Assembly (NCBI GenBank): GCA_965112155.1
Contig: OZ218112.1
Source of the DNA: Podarcis liolepis
Taxonomy: Eukaryota
DNA length: 64,000 bases
Direction: 5' to 3' (one strand)
The first letter of the stretch is position 1. Each line of letters opens with the position of its first letter. The position numbers and the translations under genes are program-made. Shown here piece after piece: positions 12,701 to 26,504 of the stretch. The notes under the pieces were generated by a model. The model worked only from the letters and a program-made list of their open reading frames with translations. It made no database searches and was not told the origin of the DNA.

Positions 12701-15467
12701 TTTGTGGGTAAATAATCTCACCTAGAATAAGGCATCTTTCCTAGGAAGGAAGGTACCGTACATACTCAATGCATGGGGCCACAATGCAGCATTGGACTGC
12801 TATAGTTTTCAATTTAGTGCTATAGTTTTCATCCAAAGGATGTTAGAAGTGGGAGGGAGAAGCACACAAGGACATTGGAAACAGAATCAAAAGAGCCTGT
12901 TATGGGACCAGCAGAACAGGAAGAATCCACTTGACGGCAGAAGCCTGAAAGCACTCAATGATTGGGAAGCCACAGTGACAAGAAGCATAGCAGGGTCCTC
13001 AAGCAAGAAATCAGGTCTTTTCACAGTTGTGGGTGTCCCACCACTTGGTGGGCAGCATATGACCCTTGTCAAGATCACATGGCTAAATCCAGACCAATGC
13101 CTTTACAAAATGAAGGCTGTTAAAACAAGGAGGGTACATTCATGGGTACAAAAATGGTGGCAGCACATCAGTATGCTGTAAGCAGGGCTATTAAAGATTT
13201 AATATTGCATTTCCCCGTTGTAGCTCACATGAAAACCATCTTTTTATAAAAGAGTAAAGACTGATTTTCAATATGGTATGCCAATGTAACCAAGAATTAC
13301 AAAAAACATCCCAGCTTCTGATTGGATGTCCTGTTTTTGGTGCCACGCTCTTGCACGAGTCTGCAGGCTCCTGCAAGACCTCAACTCCAAAAGATGTACA
13401 TCTTTCATGTGAAAGAAGGACTCGTGAGTTGGAGCCCATGGAGGGGGAGGAGGGCTGGTGGTGGTGCAGGCCAGGCTTCCCCCACTGGGCCCAAAGGTTG
13501 TGCTACCTCCACCCAATGACATCCCCACCAGAGGAGAAGAAACCAAGGAAGTCAAGGATGACAACAGAAGAGAAGGAGGAGCTGGAGGTGCCGGTATGGT
13601 GCTTGCTCTAAGAGTAGCAGCTGGTAACTGAGACAGGGGATGGGGCCCAGCTGGCTTGACACCGAAAGATGCACTTCCTGATTTTAATTGGTGGAATGCT
13701 GGAGAGTAGGATATGGCAATGGCATGACAGAATCAGGCAAACACCTCTTGCAGAAATCCTAACACAATGATGCAAGTTGGCCAGGGGTGAAATTAAACAA
13801 GGCCCTTTTAAGGTATGTAGTTTGGACGACTTTCATTTGTCAGCTCTGAGCCGGGTGAGTCACATCCACTGACCTCACAGGAATCCTTTTGAAGAACTCA
13901 GTATCTAGATTTATCCTGTACTGTATATTATTTCCATGTCAGTGAATGTCTGGCAAAATGCTGTGACCAAAGATTCACAGACTCTGTCACTTATATTTTG
14001 AGTTCAGCTTTTTATCTCAATTGTTATTTCTAACCTCTCTTCTTCTTACAATAAAACTATAAATTGGGGGTGGGGACAGTAACAACATGGAAATGTTTCA
14101 GTGCCAGCTGAATAGTTTTAAATACAACACAGCCACCAATGTTCACATACACACATAACACAGAAAAAGCCACGCACACGCACACACCCCACCTGTGTAT
14201 AGTATGCTAGTTCCTACACACCTCTCTCTAGCCTCCATCCAGGCAAGCAAGAGGCAGCACCAGAGCTCAAGGACACATTTCAGCCAGGTAGAAACACTTA
14301 AGGAGCGTGTGAAGCAGAGCTGGTGAGAGGTGCAGCCTGGGGGAAAGTCTAAGACTTGGAGGCTTGGGGGTCCACATTTGGTCCCATGCTTGTTCTTCCC
14401 CACCACTGCACCTAGCCAAACTCTGGCTTTTCAGGAACATGTGAACATGCAGGCTACCACCAAGGAACTCACAGCAGTTTTGCTTCCCCACTTTGCTGCA
14501 TTGCAGATTGGACTAGAATACCCTTTGGGTCCCTTCCAGTTCTGCAGTCCCATGAGTCAGTGCTTCTGTGCTGTGTTTACTAAGCCAATGTGTAGCTTAG
14601 TGTGTTGTCTGAATGAACCTGGGCTCATGGTTATGCTCTGCTCTCTCTCCTCACTAACCATAAGCTGTAGCTAAGGTTTATACCATGTCATCCAAACCAG
14701 AAGCTACATCTTGCCTTAAAATGGAAAGCAATACGGGCTATCAAGAACTGCAGGTGGGGAGAGTGCTGTAGCACTCAGGTCCTGCTTACGTGCGTCCCAT
14801 TAGGGCATCTGGTTGGCCACTGTGAAAATAAGATGCTGGACTAAATGGGCATTTGGTCTGATCCAACAGCCGCGCTCCTCTTATTTTCTTAAGACATTTG
14901 AACCTAGCAGCCCTCACTCATAACTCTCTGACATCTGGTCCTCTAATCTCACCCAATAAACAGTCACTTGAGTAAGCCAGAACTATAGACTCTGATTTGC
15001 AAGGGATATTGATTTGTTGATGTGCTTACGGTTTTGTTTTGTTTTTATATTGGAGATATAAAAAGAGATGGCCAGGAGAAGCTTCTTTGGATTTGCTGGT
15101 GGTGAAGTAGCTGCCTCTTAATTTTGAAGTTGAACCTTTGTCAGAACAAATTCTTCAAGTTCTAAAAGGTTAATTTGCTTTTCATAAACTACACATTTTT
15201 TTAAAAAAATGATAACTTTATTCCTTCCTGGAAGAGTTTTGACCTTTTATTCATGTATATTTTTCAACTCCACTATTTGCTGTTTACGCCACGAGCAAGG
15301 ATGTCACAAACTGTCTTAGCAAATCGAGCAGCAAACAATGAAACATGGGGGTAAGATGAGGAGAGCAGGTTGTGAGGGGTGGAAAACAAGCTGTCTGAAG
15401 GTAACAACTCCCTTTTCCCCCTTATAAACAGGTCTCTGATTCATTACTGGGTGCCAATAATGGGGAA

Positions 15468-15643
15468 GGGCTATAGGTCCATGGCAGAGCATGTAGCTTT
15501 GTGTGCAGAAGGTCCCAGATTCAATCCCCAGTGGCATCTCCAGGTAGGGCCAGGATTCTCCCCATTCTGCAACCATTCTGCAACCATTCTGCAACCAGTC
15601 TGTATAAGCAATACTGAGCTACATGGACCAGTAGCCAGACTCG
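15468..15643 (+). mobile_element. tRNA-head SINE (representative copy)
   Basis: tRNA-like A/B boxes followed by ggcatctccaggtagggc. Related copies at ~3727-3840, 5305-5420(-), 7048-7215, 12560-12745, 25048-25150, 41735-41830(-) and 50600-50660(-). Confidence 0.7.
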
Positions 15644-15933
15644 GGGCTTATCCAGACTTAACTTTTTCCTCACTCTTTCCAGACAGAGGTTTGCGCTTTA
15701 ACGCTCTGTGTCATAGTTGTTGTTGTTTTCCCCTCCACTCTCCCCACCAAAACACACTCTTTAAAACTGAATCAGAGCAAACATTGATTTGAGTTTTCTG
15801 CAGATTGACATTTGCTCCAACTGAGCTTTAAAGAGTGGGTTTTCACAAGGAAAGCTCGGGACATGACACATGGAGGTTTAAATCACAGACTTGGCCTAGA
15901 AAGAGCAGAATAAAGGTAAGTGTGGATAAGCCC
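15644..15933. mobile_element. PIF/Harbinger-like MITE inserted in a tRNA-SINE tail
   Basis: TIR GGGCTTATCCAGACTTA / TAAGTGTGGATAAGCCC; 3-bp TSD TCG. Confidence 0.75.
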
Positions 15934-16148
15934 TCGATATAAGGCACTGATGTTCCAGTTTTGCTCGATGGAGAGACAAAACATGCCAACAGCACGCTAG
16001 AACTGAATTGCCCTGTAGAACCTTTTCAAGATCCCCTTTTCTTGCATTCTGAAGGCTGTTTCATTAGAACAGTTAATAAATTCTTTCCTCCAATTTGCAA
16101 ACTGAAGGAGAACATTTTACCAATTCTGGGGAGCAGGAAATCCACGCA

Positions 16149-16408
16149 CCGTATTTTTCTCTCTATAAGACGCACCAGACCACAAGACGCACCTAGTTTT
16201 TGGAGGAGGAAAACAAGAAAAAAAAATATTCTGAATCTCAGAAGCCAGAACAGCAAGAGGGATCGCTGCGCAGTGAAAGCAGCAATCCCTCTTGCTGTTC
16301 TGGCTTCTGTGATAGCTGCACAGCCTACATTTGCTCCATAAGACGCACACATATTTCCCTTTACTTTTTAGGAGGGAAAAAGTGAGTCTTATAGAGCAAA
16401 AAATACAG
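16149..16408. mobile_element. Tc1/mariner (pogo/Tigger-like) MITE with internal hairpin
   Basis: TIR CCGTATTTTTCTCTCTATAAGAC / GTCTTATAGAGCAAAAAATACAG; CA/TA flanks. Confidence 0.8.
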
Positions 16409-18427
16409 TATTTGCCTTAGCATCAATGTGTTTTGGTGTAGTTATGTTTGGCAGCTTATGTGACTCTCTCTATAGATCTGCCATATTAACTTGGTGCCCT
16501 CTGGACTACTACTCCCAGCAGCCCCAGATTGTTCTCTCCCATAATGGCCATATGCAGAAAAGAGCAACTGAAATGAAAGGACATGACTAATTTAGGGCTA
16601 TTCGTTTCAATGGGCCTACTCTGAGTACACAACCCTCCAGGGTGCATGGAGTGTTAGGGGAGGGGGTAGTACCTCTGGTGGGGGGCATGTCATGCTCCTT
16701 CTGGGGCAGTTTGTCCACATTTGGCCCCCACTCTGCAATCAGCTCTCACCAGTGACTCCTAAATGGGCTACCTTCCCAAGTTGATGAGCCCAACGTGCCC
16801 CATACAGCACAGGCCAAAACTGCCTTCTTGACTGTTAGAAACCCTGTTGGTCTTGTCTACTCAATCTGCCGGAGCCTGTCTTTGCATAAAGCGGAAGTCC
16901 CTAACTCACCAAGTGTTTGCGATCCATTGGCTACCCTCACCTGGTTTAGCCAGCCAGTTGAAGCCTTTATATGATCCACAGAATGGAGCAACTCTATGCT
17001 GAAAGGTTGCAGCATTTGGGTCTTATTAGTTCCAAGAAAAGCCAAGTAGGTTCCTAAAAGTATGCATGGTGTGGCATATCATGGAGACAGTGGATAGAGA
17101 GGTGTTTTCTTCATGGAATCATAGAATTATAGAGTTGGACAGGACCCCAAGGATCATCTAGTTCAACCCCCTGAAGGAGTGCCATTGGCAGGATCCCTAG
17201 AAGGGTAACCTGCAGAAGGCCACAAAATGGAGCATTCCAGGGTGGATGGAACCTGAATCAGTCTCACTGCCATCTTGCAGTGGCATCAAACCCAGTCCAG
17301 GCCCACTCACTGTTCCACTTACAGACTTAGTGTGGCAATTGCCCTGTCCCATCCCCATCTTCCATCTATTGTGAGTATCAAGGTTGCAAGTGCAGCAGTT
17401 GCCCTGCTCCATAAAGCCCTAGCAGATTTGGATTGTGCTCTGAGTGTGCCGCTCAAGCCCATGATAAAACATTCCAAAGTCCATATTGGGGCAATGCCTT
17501 TATTAGGGCAACCAAAATTTCATGAAACAGTGTGCAAGTTTTCAGGTTCATCAGAACTCTTCATCAGGCCTCCATCAGGTTCTAGAGAACTTGAACACTT
17601 GCACACTATTTGGCATTTTGGTTGCCCTGAGAAAGCAAAAATAATAATAACAAATGTCATTCCATTACCCACTTAGAAAACGAAACAAAAACAATACATT
17701 GGTCCTTAGCAGGTTGGTTGCCCCAATTTAAACTGGGTTACACCAGAGACAGTGATATTATTTCCTTTTCTATCTCTGTTTTTAAAGGAAAGCGGGGGGG
17801 GGGGGTCCCTCATCTAAAAAGCTGGAAGTTGATTCTGCTACTTTTTCAACAGGCTCTGCTATCCTGGTTCTCATGCTGACATGAAGGTAGCAGGAAGCCT
17901 TAGAGTAAGCCATTGTAGCAAGTGTCATTTCAATATCAGCTTCTAAACTTGAAACTGATTAACTTCAGCCCTGCTTTTGAATGAGAAATGAAATTTATTC
18001 TGCCACAAACAGCTCCAGCTGAGGCAGCTAAGCTGAATGTGAAGAAATAAAAGTCCTCTTTAAACATATTGAATCAAACATCTCAACAGAGGTAGAATTT
18101 CATGAAATTTCATTAGCTGGTGAGTTCCTAAATCACAGAAAATGTAGGGAAGAAAAGTCAAATTTAGGCTAAGCAAATCCAGGGTGGTAAAAAAGTATCT
18201 ATAATATGTTGTGTCAGTAAATGATCTATTTTAACAGTAGCAATGAATGAAGCCTATAGAAGTGGAAGTTATTTGCTATTAAAACACCAAAGAAAATAAG
18301 TTTGCTATACCAGATAAACTTCAATTTAAAGACAAAAAAGCATTTGGTCCTATCAAAACTCATAATGCATCCGTGCAATAGCTAAGAATATCAGCTGTGA
18401 GCTGGGAAATACTGCATCTCACTACAG

Positions 18428-18563
18428 CAGTGGTGACAAAACTTAGCCCTCCAGCTGTTTTGGGACTACAATCCCCATCATCCCTGACCACTGGTCCTGT
18501 TAGCTAGGGATGATGGGAGTTGTAGTCCAGCAACAGCTGGAGGGCCAAGTTTGGCCACCACTG
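18428..18563. mobile_element. Palindromic hAT MITE (GGACTACAA..CCCATCA family)
   Basis: Long inverted arms and perfect TSD CACTACAG. Related copies or fragments at ~24139-24273, 53979-54114, 29790-29850, 31475-31560, 34455-34530, 45310-45430 and 57250-57300. Confidence 0.85.
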
Positions 18564-21500
18564 CACTACAGAATATGTATAAAAATATGTATACAAGTAG
18601 GGAACTGCAAGGAAATTTTGCAGTTGAGGCTTAAGAGTAGTGCTCCCATTCAAGACTTCATTTCTACCAACAAGGGAACATGCTTCCCCATGAAGCAATG
18701 ATGACCACAATCATAGAACTGTAGAGATGGAAGAAGACTCTGAGGGTCATCTAGTCCAACCCCCTCCACTCCAAAGACAATTAGACAAATTCATGGAGGA
18801 GAGGGCTACTAGCCCTGACAGCTATGCTGTACCTCCACAGTTGGAAGCAGCAATGCTTCTGAACACTAGTTGCTGGAAACTGTGCTCAACTCAACTTGTG
18901 CTCAACTCTTGCGTGTTTCTCAGTTGTGGCGCCCGCCCTGTGGAACGCCCTCCCATCAGACGTCAAGGAAATAAAAAACTATCTGACTTTTAGAAGGCAG
19001 CCCTGTTGGTTTTTAATGTCTGGTATTTTATTGTATTTTCAATATTTTGTTGGAAGCTGCCCAGAGTGGCTGGGGAAACCCAGGCAGATGAGTGGGGTAT
19101 AAATAATGTTGTTGTTGGCATCTGGTTGGCCACTGTGAGAACAGAATGCTGGACTAAATGATCAATTGGCTTGATACAGCAGGTTTTTCTTAGGTTCCTA
19201 AAGATGATTCCACTGAGGCATGATGTCAGTGAAATGAATAATTCATCAACACAGGAAATAAGACCTCTTGCAACTGGCATCCCATGATGGAAACTTCCCC
19301 AACATACCGGATGTTAATCTAGGACTATAGCAGAACATTGACACTCATTTATCCTATACCTTATCTGAGCATGCAGGCCTAAACATTGTATAATATGCTA
19401 AATATATTAATATCAGAGATCTTGGGTGGCTGTCTGTCATGGGTGTTTTAGTTGTGATTCTTGCATTGCAGGCTGGGTTGGAAACAAGTCTCCATCCATG
19501 GGCAGAAATGAATATGTAAGGGGTTCTAAATGACTTGAAAAGAAAATGACTTGATTTCCTTACAAAAAAGATTATGCAATCTTGGGTTAGCAAAGATTCA
19601 GGCTGTAAAATCACATTTTAGAGATATTCAGTTCACTTGCAGGGAGCCATGGCCGCATGGCTTCTTGCTTGTTCCAGGTAGGGAAAAAAGGGGTGGGGCA
19701 GAGCCTGCTAAGATAAACACATTGGCAACTTGAGCTCAGGGCTCAGGCTAACCCTGTTATGCATGCAAATGTGAGCCAATAACTGCATACAACAACAACA
19801 ACAAACTGGGCCTTGGGCATGGACTTTTAATTCTCTTGCCCTCATTTCACTACTTACATGGGTGGACCTACTTAAGACATAATCTATCCAAGAGGGGAGT
19901 AGTGTAGCTGGGACTCTTGCTTCATCAGCAATTCCCCACACAGGGTTGGCCAAAGTTCACTATGTTTTTGGTTTTGTACTGGGTCTACAACTGTTTCCTG
20001 CCTTCTAATCTTGTCATCCCTCAGGATATAGAGATCTCACACAGAAGGAAGTGAAGTCTAGCATAAAGTTCCAAGCAACTTGCACAGAAACAACATGAAG
20101 TTGTACATTTCATCCATTCTGATCCATCATTTACCTATGCTCTACTGTGTACTTCAAGTTTCCTCTAGTTTACTGATTCTGCAGACCTAGCGAACCTAGC
20201 AAGGCTCAGCAAGCTTTGGGCTGAACTGGGCTTTGGGTGAATTACATAACTCCTGGGTGGAGGGACCAAATAGAGGTTGAGGATAAATTGATCCAGTTCG
20301 CATTTAAAGGCAAGCATTCCTAGTTACCATTTCCAAAACAACATGCAAACCTAAACACAACGATTCTTCAAAATTTGCCCTTCTCTGAATTTTGCAATAC
20401 AGTTCTACAGCCAAATAATGTGTACTAAAATGTATATACTAAGATAAAATGTCCATTAAAATACATATATTAGTGAAAATATCATAAAAATGCATTGTAT
20501 TAGGGGAAATGGTTAGCAAACAAAAATTTGCATATTTGGAGAAATTTGCAGTAAATGCTGATGGATTCTCATGAGAATCAGAAACTGAAATTAACAGATT
20601 CACCCATCCCAACTCCCATGGATCATGAAATAGACTGTATCTAGCTCTACAAAGTTGGAGATAGTGCTCTGAGGTCAAAGATGGAGATCCAATGTTAAAG
20701 TCTCCCTCCCAGCAGTCTACAATTGTTTTAATATCTATATGGCACCAGAGCTCTGACTTTTAATTTTATATACATATATTATTGAAAAATTTCAGTAGAG
20801 AAATAATGTGGAAAAGGTGGAGAGAACTCATAAGAAAAGAAAAAGGAAAGTGCTTGAAACTGTGGTGCAATACAATATTGACTTAAGATGGGCCAAAGTG
20901 TTCTGGGAAGGGCCCTAAGCTATCTTGGTCACCTGACACATCCCCAAACCAGGAAGATATTTAGTTACACTCTGTGGAGTTATTCATCCAGACAAGGTGA
21001 CATTTGCTTCACTGGTGAGTTGCTTCTTACTCTGCAAACAGGTCACCTTCAGAGGCACTCAATACTCTGATGTAGTGATATGGCTCAGGGAGGCCAACAG
21101 AAGCTTTGCTCCACACACCAGAGCCAAATGTCACAGCTTGCCTCTTCTGAGATCAAGATGCTGGAAAGGGAAAGGAGTTTTTGCCACAGGTACTTCTTCC
21201 TGCTGTGTGCCTAACACAAGAAAGGGACAGTCCCAACCACCACCTACCCCCAGGCAAGGCTTTTTGAAAGGAAGGGAGGTGAATATTTTCAACTGCCAGG
21301 GATTTATGATATAAATTAATTTCCTTTACTTGCTTTGCAGAATCCTGTTGTTCAGCAAGCCATGAAACAACAGGCAAGACTTATCTATGTTGTCTATGTC
21401 ACATTAGAAGCCATGGAAGCTTCTCTCCCAATCAGAGGCAACACCTTCTGCCAATGACTGAGTGGGCCCGACGTTGCACACGCATGACATTGCATGGTTG

Positions 21501-21759
21501 GGAGGAAGCTGCCTGCACCAAGCACCCCGTGCCAGTGTCGCTGTGCCAAGCGGCGCTGAGCATGCTAAGCTGAGCACTCAGCCACCTCAATGGACAATGG
21601 CTCCTCTCTTGCACTTGGCCTCCTCTGCACTTTGCTTCCTCTGCACTTGGCCTCATCCAATATTGAGGGGGCTCCAAACAGTTCGGCCCCCATGAGCTGG
21701 TGCCGCTGCTCCCAACACAAACAACAACCTCAGAGGTGGGAATTGCCACCAACTTGGTG

Positions 21760-22025
21760 ATATGGGATATCGCCAAGTTGGTCAGCTTCAAAAGACCATT
21801 TTTATGGAGTATCAATGGTTCTTCAGCCATGATGGCTAGGTTGTACATCCACTGTTGGAGGCATACTGCCTCCGAATCCTAGTTACTTGGAATCGCAAGT
21901 GGGGAGAGTTGCTGCTGCACCTGAGTCCTGCTTGAGGGCTTCCCACAAGCATCTGGATGGCCACTATGAAAACAGGATGCTGTAGTAGGTGGGCTTTTGG
22001 TCGGCTCAAGCAGGCTCTTCTCATC
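21760..22025 (+). mobile_element. CR1-type LINE 3' end family (ggccactgtga..aggatgctggactaga), representative
   Basis: Same motif recurs at ~3030-3128, 6210-6330(-), 11870-11980, 14755-14892, 19117-19200, 26335-26480(-), 28728-28790(-), 30180-30363, 39075-39200, 40610-40725 and 54335-54470(-). Confidence 0.65.
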
Positions 22026-22104
22026 TTTTTAGTATTTTTTGCCAGGATTGTGGCAGGGAAAGGAAGTCCCTGCAGCCCTGTTGCTGCTTCTCCACTGCCC
22101 TGCA

Positions 22105-22342
22105 GTAAAGGTAAAGGTAAAGGGACCCCTGACCATTAGGTCCAGTCGTGACCGACTCTGGGGTTGTGGCGCTCATCTTGCTGTATTGGCCGAGGGAGCT
22201 GGCGTACAGCTTCTGGGTCATGTGGCCAGCAGGACTAAGCTGCTTCTGGTGAACCAGAGCAGCGCACGGAAACGCCATTTACCTTCCTGCCGGAGTGGTA
22301 CCTATTTATCTACTTGCACTTTGACGTGCTTTCGTACCTGCT
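22105..22342 (-). mobile_element. 5'-truncated Sauria SINE
   Basis: (GTAAAG)n tail and reverse-complement match to the 2089-2440 copy. Confidence 0.9.
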
Positions 22343-22564
22343 GATTATTATTTTTACTTTTCCAAAATGTGCATTAGGCAGGCACCTTCATTATACTGTT
22401 TTATTTACATATGAATTTTCAACCATTTATATGCTGCTTTCCACCATAGTCACTAAGGGGTGTAAGGTTACAAAATAAAAGGTGAAGATAAAACCAGCTA
22501 AGACTAGCCATAAAATAAGAAAACATACTTAAAAAGTCAGCTGAAATATAAGAATCTTTACCAG

Positions 22565-22566
<2 letters not shown>

Positions 22567-22647
<81 letters not shown>

Positions 22648-24045
22648 ATTTTATTTATATCCCGCCCTTCCCAGCCGAAGCCGGGCTCAGGGCGGCTAAC
22701 AACAATCAAATAATCCAACATTCTAAAAACATTTCATTATAAAAATTAATTAAAATCAAATTGATGGCAACCGTTAAGCAGAATTCTGTGCAGATTGCCA
22801 GAGGAGGGAGTCAGGCTGCGCCCTGACCAAAGGCCAGATGGAACAGCTCTGTCTTGCAGGCCCTGTGGAAAGTTGTCAGGTCCCGCAGGGCCCTAGTCTC
22901 TTGTGACAGAGCGTTCCATCAGATTGGAGCTGCATCCGAGAAAGCCCTGGCTCTAGTTGAGGCCAGCCTAACCTCTCTGTGGCCTGGGACCTTCAGGGTG
23001 TTTTTATTTGCAGACCGTAAGTTCCTCTGTGGGACATACCAGGAGAGGCGGTCCTGTAGGTACAAGGGTCCTTGGCCGTATAGGGCTTTAAAGGTTAAAA
23101 CCAGCACCTTAAACCTGATCCTGTACTCCACCGGGAGCCAGTGCAGCTGGTATAGTACCGGGTGAATGTGATCTCGCAGCAAAGACCCCATAAAGAGTCT
23201 CACCGCGGCATTCTGCACCCGCTGGAGTTTCTGGGTCAGTCTCAAGGGCAGCCCCACGTAGAGCGAGTTACAATAATCCAGTCTGGAGGTGACCGTCGCG
23301 TGGATCACAGTGGCTAGGTCAGGGCGAGAGAGATAAGGAGCCAACTGCTTAGCTTGGCGGAGATGAAAAAATGCCGCCTTTGTTATAGCTGTAATCTACG
23401 CCTCCATAGAGAGGGAGGTATTGAAGATTACACCCAAACTCTTAACGGACGGTGCTGGCACTAATTGCACCCCCGCAAGAGATGGGAGTTGCCCCCTCAA
23501 TCCCATATCGTCCCGTCCCAGCCAGAGGACCTCTGTCTTCGAAGGATTTAACTTCAACTGGCTCCCACGTAACCATCCAGCCACAGCTTCCAGACATCTG
23601 GTCAGTGTGTCTGGGGCCGAGTCAGGATGGCCATCCATCAACAGTTAGAGTTGGGTGTCATCGGCATACTGATGGCAACCCAGCCCAAAATTTCGGACAA
23701 GCTGGGCGAGGGGGTGCATAAAGATGTTAAAAAGCATCGGGGAGAGTATAGCACCCTGAAGCACTCCACACACCAAGGAGTGGCACGATGACAATTCCCC
23801 CCCAAGCGCCACCCTCTGTCCCCGACCAGAGAGAAACGAGCGCAGCCATTGAAGGACTGTGCCCTGGATCCCCACGTCAGCAAGGCGGTGGTCCAGGAGT
23901 TCGTGATCGACCATGTCGAAGGCTGCTGACAGGTCTAGAAGAATCAGCAGCCCCGACCCGCCTCGATCCAGCTGCCTGCAGGGTGACCAGAGCCGTCACG
24001 GTCCCATGACCAGCGCGGAAGCCGGACTGGAATGGATCCAAAGCC
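22567..24045 (-). mobile_element. L2/CR1-clade LINE 3' fragment with degraded reverse transcriptase and (TAA)n/(TAAA)n tail
   Basis: Minus-strand ORFs with DPFQSGFR, GVLQGAILSPMLFNIFM, YADDTQL, LKLNPSKTE and SRLDYCNSLY motifs; frameshifts between them. Confidence 0.93.
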
Positions 24046-24138
24046 AGGAAAGGGGGTTTGTCTGATTTGAGCCAGGATGAACTCAAACCAGGACAAACGG
24101 TTATGTGCTAGTGGTAATCTGGTCCCAACAGTTGAGAC

Positions 24139-24273
24139 CAGGGTTTCCTAAACTTGGGTCTCCAGCTGGTTTGGACTACAATTCCCATCATCCCTGACCA
24201 CTGGTCCTTCTAGCTAGGGATGATGGGAGTCATAGTCTAAAAACAGCTGGAGATTCAAGTTTGGGAAACCCTA
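24139..24273. mobile_element. Palindromic hAT MITE
   Basis: CAGGGTTTCC...GGAAACCCTA; core shared with 18428-18563. Confidence 0.8.
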
Positions 24274-24659
24274 GTCTAGGCACAGCATTATGCCACAGCT
24301 GGAGTTTCTGGACCAGCCCAACGGCGACAAAACACAACCTCACTGCAATGATTGAGTCTTGAGGTTAGTAATAAGGCAGCTAGTATGTTCCTAATTCTGG
24401 TATACTAAGCTCTTGCCACATAGTTGAGTCTTCAAAATAGAGAGTGGAAGTGCTACCTATGTATGCCCAGCAAGGCCTAATGTGGCTTAAGGATGTCTTT
24501 AGGTCAGACCATGCTGCAAATGTGGAGAGGTCAAGTGGTCATTGATGCCTGACACCTTGACAGGCTATAAGCCTCTGTGTTTATTTCACGCACACACCCC
24601 TGCATTATTACATTCATATCCCATATTTTCTCCAAGTGATTTCCAGGAAGCATGCAAGG

Positions 24660-24830
24660 GTTCTCCCCCTCTCCATTATACCTTCACAACAACCCTGTGA
24701 GGTAAGTTAGGTTGAGAGTGAGTGACAGAGCTCAAAGTCTCCCAGTAAGTTTCATGTATGAGTGGGGTATTGAACCCTGGTCTCCTAGGTACTCATCCAG
24801 CACTCTAACTGTCACAAAACACTGTCTCTT
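24660..24830 (-). mobile_element. MIR/CORE-like SINE (representative)
   Basis: cacaacaaccctgtgaggta...gaaccctggtctcc. Related copies at ~7663-7790, 38400-38555 and 43328-43525(+). Confidence 0.65.
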
Positions 24831-26504
24831 GCATGGTGGTGTGTAGCAGCTTAACAGAATGCTGTGGAATATCTTCAGTCTCTGGCAATTAAAAGTTCCA
24901 TTTCTAATGGTCCTTTACAAGATCCACAATCTGTTTCACATGCTGTGAAATTCATCAGGATTCGTGGCTGGTGTGTTTGCACAACTTGTACCCTTAGGTC
25001 TCAAACCTGTATTTTAATCAGGTATCTTAATCCAAGGGGGAAAGCCAAAGCTCAGTGGTAGGACCTCTTCTCTGTATGCAGAAGGTCCCAGGTTCAGTCC
25101 CCAAAATTTTCAGGTAGAGCTGGAAAAAGTTCCTACCTGAAAGCCTGGATGGTCACACACCTCTGACCTTTGGCTTTTTCACTACCAGCCAGGTCAGGGA
25201 GAGACCTACCATTTGCTCTTTTTTCACAAAGCCACTTCCTTTGCTACTCTAACAACTCATACTTAGGGACCCTATCTCTACTCCCCACCTACCCCCACCC
25301 CCCAAAACCCCCTCACGATACATTTTCTGAATCTTTTGCTATTTTTACCCGGTTGTGAATGACATATTGTGGCAATGTCTTTCTTGAGATAACCTCCTAA
25401 TAATGCCTTTGAGAAGCTATCATACTGCAAATTGTGCTTTATTGAAATCAGAGACGTGTGTCGAAATCTTCAGCTGACAGATAGAACTCATTTAAGGTTT
25501 CAGAAATGTTTGCTGCCTTCTTGGGAAGAGTTTTCTTCACTGCCCACACATTTCTATTTTTAAACCCGTCTTACTCTATTCTGCAGAGCAATTTGCTTTA
25601 AACTGCAGCTGTACATTGACAAACCACCTACAAAGAATACTTCAAAGCTTCTCCCTTGCTGACACTGGAAGGTCCTTTGACACCACTGTTACACTTCTCA
25701 CTCATGCATTTATTTCTAGACTGAATGGAATGGCAGGAGGCTGTTTCACATGCTACACAGCAACAAGCACCAAACTGCTGCCCCTGCTGCAATGCAGCAG
25801 CCAGTCCTGCCACACATAACTATTATCCCTGCTCTTCCATCCCCGCCACCCACCTGCTTCCTCACCCAGCCCCCTGCTTCCTGCCATACACACTTGGAAC
25901 TAGGGAGGAGGAATAAATTTAATTCTGTTTGCATTTTAATGAGAAATTACCCAATTTGCACTTCTCCAAGCAATACATGAACCAAAACACAGCTATCCTT
26001 CAAAATTTGCAGTTACCTGAACTATGCAATGCAATCCTTCAAACAATGTGCACAAAAATGCATACATTCAAGAAAACAGTATACCCAAATGCATTATATC
26101 AAGGTGTGTGTACAAAAAAATGTCTATACATTCATCTTTAGTAAAGATAACTGTCTGGAGCATGATGTTCTGCACTTACGTTCTGCAAACATTTTACAAC
26201 AATGATTTTCCAAGCTTCTAAAATGCATAAGGAACCACCACAAGATCACGGGGAGCCTTCTCCCTGAAGAGGGCTATGCTACAGATACTGTTCCCACCCC
26301 CCACAGCTTTGTTGTTTTATCAATAGCTATTTGTAAGAGCATAAAAACACAGAGAGCTTCTGGATCAGGCCAAAGGTCCATCTCTTCCAACACCCAGCTC
26401 CAACAGTGGTCATCCAGATGCTTCTTCTGTGAAGCCTGCAAGCAGGACTTGTGTGCAACAGCAACTCTCCCCACTGTTGCATCAACAGAAGAATCAAGGG
26501 AAGT

